A stretch of 64,000 bases of DNA from NCBI GenBank assembly GCA_030390025.1, contig CM059433.1, positions 1,550,001 to 1,614,000 on the forward strand, written 5' to 3'. The stretch is from Squalus acanthias. Taxonomy: Eukaryota. The translations under genes were made by a program, and so were the position numbers. Below, piece after piece: positions 1-10,180 of the stretch. Each line of letters begins with the position of its first letter. Positions within the stretch are counted from its first letter, which is position 1. The notes under the pieces were generated by a model. The model was not told the origin of the DNA and ran no database searches. It saw only the letters and a program-made list of their open reading frames with translations.

Positions 1-570
1 ACTGAGACAACGTATGAACGGACACCGCGCAACAATCGCCAGGCAGGAGGGTTGCCTCCCAGTCGGGGAACACTTCAGCAGCCAGGGGCATTCAGCCTCG
101 GATCTGCGGGTAAGCGTTCTCCAAGGCGGCCTTCGAGATACACGACAGCGCAAAATCATAGAGCAGAAACTGATAGCCAAGTTCCGCACTCATGAGGATG
201 GCCTCAATCGCGATATCGGGTTCATGTCACGATACAGAACGTGACTTGACATCATGGCCGGTCTTCCCAGGTGTTTTTTTTGGGTTTTTTTTTGGTGTTT
301 TTTTTTAAAAAGGCTAACACAAGAACACAAATTGACAGGATATGCAGCCAGCAGGTGGTTTGACACGTTGGACCCCCTGGGACACATCTCATTGTCTTGG
401 CTGTGCTCTTTGTTGTAGCGAATAATGTGAATAGATTTTGTCTGGGTTTAAATTGTGAATTCTGGGAGATTCTCTCATTGCTAACTTACCTGACGAAGGA
501 GCGACAGCTCCGAAAGCTTGTAAAATTAAATAAATCCGTTGGACTATAATCTGGTGTTGTGCGACTTCTC
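1..570 (+). mobile_element. 3' end of a Penelope-like retroelement (C-terminus of GIY-YIG endonuclease plus pLTR)
   Basis: ORF 14-244 (RMNGHR...PVGEHF...H...EQKLIAKF..HEDGLNRD) has the RxxxH / HF / E / GLN pattern of Penelope GIY-YIG C-termini. Downstream 486-570 matches the pLTR segment at 43470-43558. Confidence 0.85.
486..523 (+). ncRNA. Minimal type I hammerhead ribozyme motif in Penelope pLTR
   Basis: TTAC-CTGACGA-A-GGAGC(GACA)GCTCC-GAAA-GCTT-GTAA: CUGANGA and GAAA core boxes, 5-bp stem II, stem I TTAC/GTAA, palindromic AGCT in place of stem III. Confidence 0.75.
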
Positions 571-572
571 AT

Positions 573-912
573 GGTTATTGAAAGGTCTGGTTATTGAAAG
601 GACCTGGTTATTGAAAGGCCTGGTTATTGAAAGGACCTGGTTATTGAAAGGCCTGGTTATTGAAAGGCCTGGTTATTGAAAGGCCTGATTATTGAAAGGG
701 CCTGGTTATTGAAAGGACCTGGTTATTGAAAGGCCTGGTTACTGAAAGGACCTGGTTATTGAAAGGGTCTGGTTATTGAAAGGGCCTGGTTATTGAAAGG
801 ACCTGGTTATTGAAAGGCCTGGTTATTGAAAGGGTCTGGTTATTGAAAGGGTCTGGTTATTGAAAGGACCTGGGTATTGAAAGGGTCTGGGTATTGAAAG
901 GGTCTGGGTATT
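573..912. repeat. Tandem repeat, 17-18 bp unit (CTGGTTATTGAAAGG[G/A][C/T]), about 19 copies
   Basis: Directly visible array starting right after the Penelope end. Confidence 0.95.
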
Positions 913-1555
913 TGGCAAATTTAAAAAAAAGTCAAGGGAAATATCATGCATCATTTCATCGTCAAGATGTCATGTGGAAACGATATGTTGTGATGCATCG
1001 TCATGTCATGTGTTTCCAAACAAACAAATAAAAGGTTTGCCAAACAGTTTTTCATTAAGTTGTTACCTTTTTAAAGATGCAGTGACCTGCAGTCATCAGA
1101 TAATTAAACACCTGTCACATTAGGTACGTACAGCAGCGAAGGATGCAATGTTTAACAGTTGGTGCCACTCAGATCTTGGCAGTGTTAATGTAAATGAGAC
1201 AGCTTACAACCGCTCACCTTACATTGGTTCTGCTTTGTACCAGTGACAGGTGGGGAGCCCATCTTTCTCTACTTCTTTAACTTTGGTAGAACAGGAAGCT
1301 ACTATTTCTGCTAATTAAAAAGAACTGGCTGTCCCATCAACTCTTTTCAGTGAGTAGGAAACACAACAGCAGTAGACTAGTAAATCCCACACTCTGCATG
1401 TATTCAGTGAGCAGGTGTGGGGTTTAGCTCCCACCTACTCTGTGGTGTCGTGCATGGGCAGCAGAGCTGGCAACTCCCCTCCTTGTGTCGCTGCTCAAAT
1501 GACGCCAACAAGGCACAGGCATTGATGGTGAGCAGCAGTGTGTCTTTTTCATGGG

Positions 1556-3553
1556 AATGAGACCAGGGATGGAATGGTGAGACCGGGGACAGGATGGTGA
1601 GACCGGGACAGAATGGTGAGACCGGGGACAGAATGGTGAGACCGGGACAGAATGGTGAGACCGGGGACAGGATGGTGAAACCGGGGACAGAATGGTGAGA
1701 CCGGGGACAGAATGGTGAGACCGGGGACAGGATGGTGAGACCAGGGACAGAATGGTGAGACCGGGGACAGAATGGTGAGACCGGGGATAGAATGGTGAGA
1801 CCGGGAATAGAATGGTGAGACGGGGGACAGAATGGTGAGACTGGGGACAGAATGGTAAGACCTGGGACAGAATGGTGAGACCGGGGATAGAATGGTGAGA
1901 CCGGGGACAGAATGGTGAGACCGGGGACAGAATGGTGAGACCAGGGACAGAATGGTGAGACCGGGGACAGAATGGTGAGACTGGGGATAGAATGGTGAGA
2001 CTGGGGATAGAATGATGAGACCGGGGACAGAATGGTGAGACCGGGGAAAGAATGGTGAGACCGGGGATAGAATGGTGAGACCGGGGAAAGAATGGTGAGA
2101 CTGGGGATAGAATGGTGAGACCGGGGACAGAATGGTGAGACCGGGGACAGAATGGTGAGACCGGGGATAGAATGGTGAGACTGGGGACAGAATGGTGAGA
2201 CTGGGGACAGAATGGTGAGACTGGGGAGACTGGGGACAGAATGGTGAGACTGGGGACAGAATGGTGAGACTGGGGAGAGAATGGTGAGACCGGGGACAGA
2301 ATGGTGAGACCGGGGACAGAATGGTGAGACCGGGGACAGAATGGTGAGACCGGGGACAGAATGGTGAGACCGGGGACAGAATGGTGAGACCGGGGACAGA
2401 ATGGTGAGACCGGGGACAGGATGGTGAGACTGGGGATAGAATGGTGAGACTGGGGACAGAATGGTGAGACCGGGGACAGAATGGTGAGACCGGGGATAGA
2501 ATGGTGAGACCGGGGATAGAATGGTGAGACTGGGGATAGAATGGTGAGACCGGAAATAGAATGGTGAGACCGGGGACAGAATGGTGAGACCGGGGATAGA
2601 ATGGTGAGACCGGGGACAGAATGGTGAGAACAGGGACAGAATGGTGAGACCGGGGACAGAATGGTGAGACCAGGGACAGAATGGTGAGACCGGGGACAGA
2701 ATGGTGAGACCGGGGATAGAATGGTGAGACCAGGGACAGAATTGTGAGACGGGGGACAGAATGGTGAGACTGGGAATAGAATGGTGAGACTGGGGACAGA
2801 ATGGTGAGACCGGGGATAGAATCGTGAGACCGGGGACAGAATGGTGAGACCGGGGACAGAATGGTGAGACTGGGGACAGAATGGTGAGACCGGGGATAGA
2901 ATGGTGAGACCGGGGATAGAATGGTGAGACCAGGGACAGAATGGTGAGACCGGGGATAGAATGGTGAGACCGGGGATAGAATGGTGAGACCGGGGATAGA
3001 ATGGTGAGACCGGGGACAGAATGGTGAGACCGGGGATAGAATGGTGAGACCAGGGACAGAATGGTGAGACCGGGGATAGAATGGTGAGACTGGGGATAGA
3101 ATGGTGAGACTGGGGACAGAATGGTGAGACCGGGGACAGAATGGTGAGACCGGGGATAGAATGGTGAGACCGGGGATAGAATGGTGAGACCGGGGACAGA
3201 ATGGTGAGACCGGGGACGGAATGGTGAGACTTTGGACAGAATGGTGAGACTAGGGACAGAATGGGGAGACCGGGGACGGAATGGTAAGACCGGGGACAGA
3301 ATGGTGAGACCGGGGACAGAATGGTGAGACCGGGGACAGAATGGTGAGACCGGGGACAGAATGGTGAGACTGGGGACAGAATGGTGAGACGGGGGACAGA
3401 ATGGTGAGACCGGGGACAGAATGGTGAGACCGGGGACAGAATGGTGAGAATGGGGACAGAATGGTGAGACCAGGGACAGAATGGTGAGACCGGGGACAGA
3501 ATGGTGAGACCGGGGACAGAATGGTGAGACTGGGGACAGAATGGTGAGACCAG
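1556..3553. repeat. Minisatellite, 20-bp unit GAGACCGGGGACAGAATGGT, about 100 copies
   Basis: Directly visible. Variants are GGGGAC/GGGGAT and CC/CT/CA, with a 9-bp register shift near 2225. Confidence 0.98.
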
Positions 3554-3722
3554 GTGCTGAAGGTGGTGAACGATGAACCCATAAAACACTTTTCTGAATT
3601 GCCACTCCTATTTTCATGCTGATAGACATAAAGGACCACATCCATAAATAACATGTCTTTGTCCTTGAAATTACACCCAGACTATTAGCATTGAGCTACT
3701 ATTCACACAGCATCATTTCAAA

Positions 3723-3960
3723 GCCTTAAATTCGGGGGGAGCTAATGAGGCGCAACCGACTTTTCGCTCGGGCGCGGCGCCGCTAACGACGCCCGCTAAA
3801 TTCAGCGGGGGTTTAGCGGCGGCGGTAACTGGTAGCGCCCCGCTCCACTGCGCAGGCGATGACGACGTCATCACTGTGCACAGCGCCCCGTTTTCGCCCC
3901 GCCTGCAAAATTGGCCCGCGATGACAGCGACCGATTCAAGGGGCCAAAATGGTCGCTAAC
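3723..3960 (-). mobile_element. Fragment of GC-rich Harbinger-type MITE
   Basis: GCTAATGAGGCGCAA...GGGCGCGGCGCCGCTAACG is the reverse complement of the subterminal region seen at 6070-6140 and 22780-22850. Confidence 0.5.
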
Positions 3961-4458
3961 TAATTTTTCCCCCCTTTATGTTTTATTATTTTATGTCAGG
4001 CTCAGCAAAGACAACACGCCCCAAGGTAAATCCCCCTTTGCCCATTTCAGGGAATGGCACTGACGGGTTTCTGGCTGCTGTTTTTGGATCAAGTCCTCCA
4101 GACCCAATCCTCTCCTTGTCTCTGCTAAAGCAAATGCTTACCTTCCACTTGACTTGAGCAGGTGGTGCCCAAGTCCACCTCAAATCCCCTGATCTGAAGA
4201 GGCTGGGTGCAAGGTCTAAGGCCCACTTCTTCTGAAGGATTCTCCTGTTAGGTGCGCACCCGACATTCCAACGGGAAAATGAGGCTGGAGGCCTCGTTAC
4301 GTCCCTCCCGCCTCACTTGCATGGGATGAACCCACTTATCCCGAATGTGGGTGTAACGATTTCAGCCCCTACAGGAAATTGCTGCTAAATAGGAAGGTGC
4401 GGATACCTGGCGCAACCAGTCTTTACCTCTTTTTGACTCTGCTTTTTTTTTGTCTTAT

Positions 4459-4532
4459 AACGCTCCTGTGAAGCGCCTTGGGACGTTTTACTACGTTAAA
4501 GGCGCTATATAAATACTGGTTGTTGTTGTTGC
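4459..4532 (+). mobile_element. L2-type 3' tail fragment
   Basis: CTCCTGTGAAGCGCCTTGGGACGTTTTACTACGTTAAAGGCGCTATATAAAT(GTT)n matches the end of the L2 at 26690-26760. Confidence 0.75.
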
Positions 4533-5268
4533 TTTGTGCGGAGAACTGAGCTGTTTCCAGGCACTCAGCAGCGGAAGATCAACCATCGGGTCTCGATTGA
4601 AGCCGGTTCCATGCTGGAGCTGCTTTAGACCAGATTCCCGGTTTTCCATAGGGTAAGGAACCAGACTTGGCAGTGAAAGTACCAGGAGCAGGCTAACAGA
4701 TGTTGGTAACACCGAATCCAAACTAAAACAACACCAGCATTAAAGCAGCTGAAGAACAACAACTGCTTGGTGGGACCTTGTTGTTTCTTGCCTCAGTATA
4801 AACAAAAACATGTTCTTTAAATTGTGGAACAGACATCATTTGTGTCCTTTAGCAACTTTCTGTCTCTGAACCATCTGTTAAGGTACTTTAAACTTGGTAA
4901 CACCATTTGTCTTGCTGTTATGAGGGCCCTTAAAATGAGGTTAGCATGGAATGAGGAAGTTGCCCCAGGAGGTGGCATTTCTGCTTTGTGTGAATGTCAA
5001 AATAGCTCAGACAGACAAAACTGTCTCCTCAATTTCTTTGCTATCAGTGACTCCTTACGGTCAGTGGTAAGGCTGGGTGGTGCTCGGATACCAACATCTT
5101 GGAGTAAAATTCACCCTAAACTGTCAGATCAGTTATAAGTCTGCTGCACATGCGCACTGCAAGCACGGATGAATGGACAATGAGGAGTCGGAACCTTAGC
5201 CCACTTTTCCTTCTCTAGAGCAGCAGCAGTGAGGCTAATTGTAGCACCCCGACATAGCAAGAGACATA

Positions 5269-6159
5269 GGGGGGAAAATTCAGTATCGCCCCGTTTGGGG
5301 CGCATTTATCAGCCAGGCGCAAAGTTTAGCGTCTGGCGCTAATTATCGCTTCCGACTGCAAACGTGACTTTTATCGCCCCTGGAGGTGATTGGAGTGCTA
5401 AATCAGGCGCTACACATCTGTCTTAAGGCGCAAAGGCCGAGGAGCGAGGCGCTACCTCAGAGCGCTGGCGAAGCTCATGTGATGTCAGTCAGCAATGGAA
5501 CACAGACACAATGGCGCCGGCCAGTTCTTAAAGGGGAGGGTTGATCTTGCTTTCCATCCACATCCTGCTCATTGCAGCCTTGAATCTCGGCCTGGAGAGA
5601 CCTGTACATCAAATCTGCTGGAAAGAACAATGGAGAGAACCAGGGAAAGAGCTCAGAGTGCAGCCCCCACAGTCTCTTCTAAATCGATACAAGGAAGGGC
5701 AAATCAAAATGAACCTGCAAAGTGCTGCTCAGTACCCAAAACTCCTTCACACAGCGTTGAATCTCTCCAGAAGTCTCTCTCTCTCTCTCAGAATTCGTGG
5801 TTCAAAAATGTCACGAACAAAAAAAGGCAGGAAGCGGTCGCCTTTAAATAGCGCTCCCCCAGTCCCTTCCTGACTGCAAAACGCTCCCCTCAACCTGTCG
5901 TTGCTAGCGGCAGGCGGTAAGGCAGGGGGCGCCACTCAATATCCACTCCGGGGCGCTACCGGGGCGTTGCGCACTCGACTGACGTCACGATCTGCCGGTG
6001 CAGGAGATCGTGGCAGTAGTGTTTAGCGCCACCACAAAATGTCTAGTTAATTTCGTGAGCGGCGCAAACATCACCGCGCCCGGGCGCTAGTTGCTTTGCG
6101 CCCCATTAGCGCCCTCTTAAGGTGCTAACGGGAGGCGCAACCAACTGAATTTTTCCCCC
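5269..6159. mobile_element. PIF/Harbinger-type MITE
   Basis: 16-bp TIRs GGGGGGAAAATTCAGT / GGGGGAAAAATTCAGT (rc), 3-bp TSD ATA (5266-5268, 6160-6162), CpG-rich subterminal regions. Confidence 0.8.
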
Positions 6160-6757
6160 ATAGAATCATAGAATGGTTACAGCACAGAAGGGTCATTCGA
6201 CCTGTCGAGCCCGTGCCGGCTCTCTGCAAGAGCGCTTCAGCTAGTCCCACTCCCCCGCCCTTTCCCCGTAGCCCTGCAATTTTTTTTTCCTTCAGGTACT
6301 TATCCAACTCCCTTTTGAAAGCCACGATTGAATCTGCCTCCACCACCCTTTCAGGCCGTGCATTCCAGATCCTAACCACTCGCTGTGTAAAAAGTTTTTC
6401 CTCATGTCGCCTTTGGTTCTTTTGTCAATCACCTTAAATCTGTGTCCTCTGGTTCTCGACCCTTCCGTCAATGGGAACAGTTTCTCTCTATCTACTCTGT
6501 CCAGACCCCTCATGATTTTGAACACCTCTATCAAATCTCCTCTCAACCTTCTCTGCTCTAAGGAGAACAACCTCAGCTTCTCCAGTCTATCCACGTAACT
6601 GAAGTCCTTCATCCCTGGAATCATTCTTGTAAATCTTTTCTGCACCCTCTCGGAGGCCTTCACATCCTTCCTAAAGTGCGATGCCCAGAATTGGACACAG
6701 TACTCCAGTTGAGGCCGAACCAGTGTTTTATACAGGTTCATCATAACTTCCTTGCTC
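6160..6757 (-). mobile_element. CR1 LINE 3' fragment
   Basis: ORF 6292-6759 LYKTLVRPQLEYCVQFW...RRLRGDLIEVFKI...RTRGH, and an (ATTCTATG)n tail. Confidence 0.92.
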
Positions 6758-8091
6758 AACTCAGTACAGACCAGGGATGAAACTTCTTGATCTACACTAT
6801 TCGCCTTTGATTTTATGTGAACATTAGTGGCACAGCTTTAAGTTAGCAGCACTATAAAAGCAGAGCTCACTGTCTCGATTAGTAGCTCATCATAAGGGAA
6901 ATTGATTTGAAAGCTTGAAGTTGATTTGGAAGAAATTTTCCTTAATCGCAGCCAGGACCTATTTGGGAAGCAGATATTTTGCTCAGTGCCCAGGCGGCTG
7001 AGGTAAATTGTTTTTTCTTCTGCTCTTTACTCAGCTCATTTCACAGTGCAACCGTGATGTTGTATAGTATTTGGTCATGAGGGAGGCAATAGTCAATATT
7101 ACACAGTTTTGCAGCCAATTATGTAATCTTAATAGCAAACAGGAAGAAAAAGCAACAACATAATTGCTCCAGTGTGATTGCAGCTAAACATTTTCAGTTA
7201 CAAGTCCTCTCAATAGCAAATGTCTCAGATGCTGCTGACAAGCAGGTTTTTTTGGTCAACGTTTGATTCCGTATCTTATACTGGGTTCAAGTCCTCCAAT
7301 ATCCTGTTCAAGCAGCATTTTTGTGTTAGCCTTGGCAGTTGAGTGTCACGTCTGATTGTGTGAGGCATCACAGCTAAATCCAATCCTGTCTTTGCCCAAA
7401 CTGCATATACACATGTGCTTTTCAGTGGTCAGGAGCAGGAAACCAGGCTGATTTTTCACCAATTGCAGTGCCCTACTGCTATTCTGCCTCACATCAGCTA
7501 GCTCAACAACGACAGAAAATCAAACCTGGGAGACTTGTGGTCTGTATGCTTCATTAAATGTTACCATTAGGTGATAGCTGTGATGCTAGAGGCATAATCC
7601 TACAAAGGTTATGTAAAATAAAGGGAAAATAATGACGGTTGTGCACAATCCTAAACTAAGGCAGCCGAATGAATGGTGTAGAATTTTGGATGAGCTTCCT
7701 TCTCATGTCAATTCTAATTTACTGCTGCGATGTACATGTCTGCTTTTCAGGAAGTACAGGATGATTAGTGAAAGTGAGCTTCAGCATCAGTCTGTTCAAA
7801 ACTTGTGCAATTATTGGAATACAATAAAAGTAGGAAATGCAATGAATTCAACTTCCCTAAAATAATTGCGTGGTCAAACAGAACTACACTTTCACTACAG
7901 ACATAACCAATAGATTATAGCGATGTTTTAAGGGCAGCAATTTAGTACCCTTCCCCCCAATCCATTTATGCAAATGTAACCAAATGATCGCCATTATCTA
8001 TTATGCACACTTGTGATCAATCGCAACGCCTAAATAATTGGTCGATGCAGCAAACCTCCACTAATGGTCTGTTCGCTGATAATAAAAGTTT

Positions 8092-8173
8092 TAGAAACAT
8101 AGAAAAATAGGAGCAGGAGGCCATTCGGCCCTTCAAGCCTGCTCCGCCATTCAATATGATCATGGCTGATCCA
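8092..8173 (-). mobile_element. CR1 3' UTR/tail fragment
   Basis: Reverse complement of GATCAGCCATGATC...GGCGGAGCAGGCTTGAAGGGCCGAATGGCC...TTCTATGTTTCT. Confidence 0.8.
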
Positions 8174-8819
8174 TATTTTATCTTGTGTGTATGATTTAGT
8201 GAGCACAAGATGTTTCCTCTCCCCCCACCCAAATACAGACAAGTAATGTATAGCCTAATTCCGAGCCCTTTTAAATATACCAATATCTTTCATCAGTTAC
8301 CCTGGCCAAAAGATTGAGAAATGCGATTAGTTCCCAGGTATAATGCTGCACAAGCATATCTGATGGATTAAAAAAAAAACTTTTGCTTCATAAAACTCAC
8401 TCTTCCTGACAGACTCTCATTCTGCCAAGCAAGTAAAAATCTCAAGCACATGCAGCATTTACAAATTAGGTTGCAGCATGCACTCTGCGCGCGCCCCCCC
8501 CCCCCCCCCCCCCAGCTCTTGATTTCATTGTCAAGTCACTTTACTGATGTGGAGTAGATGCCAATGTCATTGTCAAATACTGCACACGCCACGCCAGAGA
8601 TTGAGCAATCACTTTCGGTAATGAAACCTCTCACACAACTTAAGTTAAACACAAGTGCTTTGACACAAGACTTGTTTTTAGATGACGAACAAAATTGGAC
8701 GATTAGCTTGTCAAAACCACCAAACATGTCCTTAAGCTTCAAACAGCAATTAATCGCCTTTCAGTAGCAGTCCCAAAGCTACAGACACCATGACAAAAGA
8801 GGAAGTTCATTTCATAGGA

Positions 8820-8825
8820 TTTATT
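8820..8825 (-). terminator. Putative MYCN polyadenylation signal AATAAA
   Basis: AATAAA about 670 nt after the stop codon, at the end of an AU-rich UTR. Confidence 0.65.
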
Positions 8826-9492
8826 TTCATAAACTTGAGGTATTTCAAAAGTGCTTTAAGTTGCAGCACTATATGTACATCATGAAAAACACATAACTCA
8901 GCCAATTACCCAGTTCTATGAACCCAACAGCAACACAAACAGAGAGAGGCTAGGTAAAAGGCATATATAGTAATTTCTGTACAAAAGAAATTTTAGTCAA
9001 AAAAGTGATAAAGTAATATCTACTCAAACCTTTCACAACTCATTTTCATACGAAAATATAGGTATCAAATTTAGTCATGTATCAGCATCACACTAAGGAT
9101 ACAGGCAGTGTAAGAATTAGTACAGTACATAACAAGGATTAACAAGAAGTCTTTATAGGAAAATGTCATGCTCCTCAAACGTTGAGGTATTATTCTGTAT
9201 AAAATTCCAGTCCAAAAAACGGCAGCACAGGCTGTGGCTTTTTTTTTCTTAACCCAGACCATCACATGAAAAAGGCGATTGTTAAACTGGTATTTACATA
9301 GGTTTTGAAATAGGCAATCGTTAAGCCCTCTCAAAAATGATCTCCATTCACACGCACATGTACCTCTAAGGCTTTAGAAGTATTTTGTCCATGTTTAAAT
9401 GCGGCTAGATTGAAAACCAGAAAATTTTTCGAAACATTCTTGACGTCTAAAATGTGCAAAAGTGGCATTCAACCAGTTGGGGCAGCCTTAGC
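8826..9492 (-). promoter_or_regulatory. MYCN: MYCN 3' UTR with miRNA seed matches
   Basis: Minus strand: let-7 TACCTCA at 8836-8842 and 9183-9189, miR-101 GTACTGTA at 9121-9128, miR-34 CACTGCC at 9104-9110, miR-17 family GCACTTT at 8848-8854, miR-19 TTTGCACA at 9453-9460. Confidence 0.7.
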
Positions 9493-10180
9493 CTAGCGAG
9501 TCCTTATTTCCTCCAGTCTCTTTACCAGCAGCTGTTGCTTGGCTTTCAGTTTCTCTTTTTCCGACAACAGTTTCTGCTCTTCTGTCTGTAGAGCCCGCAC
9601 GTATTCAGTGGCCTTTTTCAGAATGATGACTTTTGCCGCCTTGTCGTTTTTCACAAGTTCTGGTATTTGGTCCCGCAAGGTAAGAAAGCTGGAGCGCAGG
9701 TCATTCCGTCGCTGGCGCTCCAGAATGTTGTGAGTGCGTCGCCGCTCATTGTCTTCGGAGTCAGATCCACGGGGGCTCACGCTCTTGGATCTAGGGGGGG
9801 CCACCTGCTTGGTGAGGCGCACAGCCTCGCTTTTCACTTTCTTCAGAGGCGGCATCTCATCGCACTCTGTGTAGGGCGATGGTGCGGCATAGTTGTGCTG
9901 CTGGTGTATTGGGGCGCACCTTTTCAGCAGAGAGGCATTGTGGGTCTTGGACGACCCGCAGATCGAGTTGTGGGAGCGTACAGTCACGGTAAGAGTGGTC
10001 ACATGTTTGCTGGATGACGACCGCCGTTTCTCAACTGTCACCACGTCAATTTCTTCCTCCTCCTCTCCTCTTCCTCGTCTTCTTCCTCTTCTTCTTCCTC
10101 CTCCTCCTCCTCCTCTTCTTCCTCCTCTTCTTCTTCCTCCTCCTCTTCTTCTTCTTCTTCCTCGTCATCCTCCTCCTCGT
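9493..10180 (-). CDS. MYCN: N-myc last coding exon (acidic tract, MBIIIb, MBIV, bHLH-LZ); apparent 1-bp frameshift near 10066
   Basis: [19 protein letters not shown] and [47 protein letters not shown] are N-myc-type residues. Acceptor tttacAG at 10182-10181, TAG at 9495-9493. Confidence 0.95.

Noticed and set aside
1556..3553. CRISPR-like appearance of the regular repeats (also 573-912, 60622-61012, 63513-64000)
   Set aside because: Units are head-to-tail without unique spacers, there are no cas genes, and the context is vertebrate.
1404..3641. 745-aa and 721-aa ORFs on the minus strand
   Set aside because: By-product of a stop-free 20-bp minisatellite; the same peptide recurs in overlapping frames.
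7330..7550. Possible ancient tRNA-derived SINE on the minus strand
   Set aside because: Too degenerate to assign or delimit by eye.
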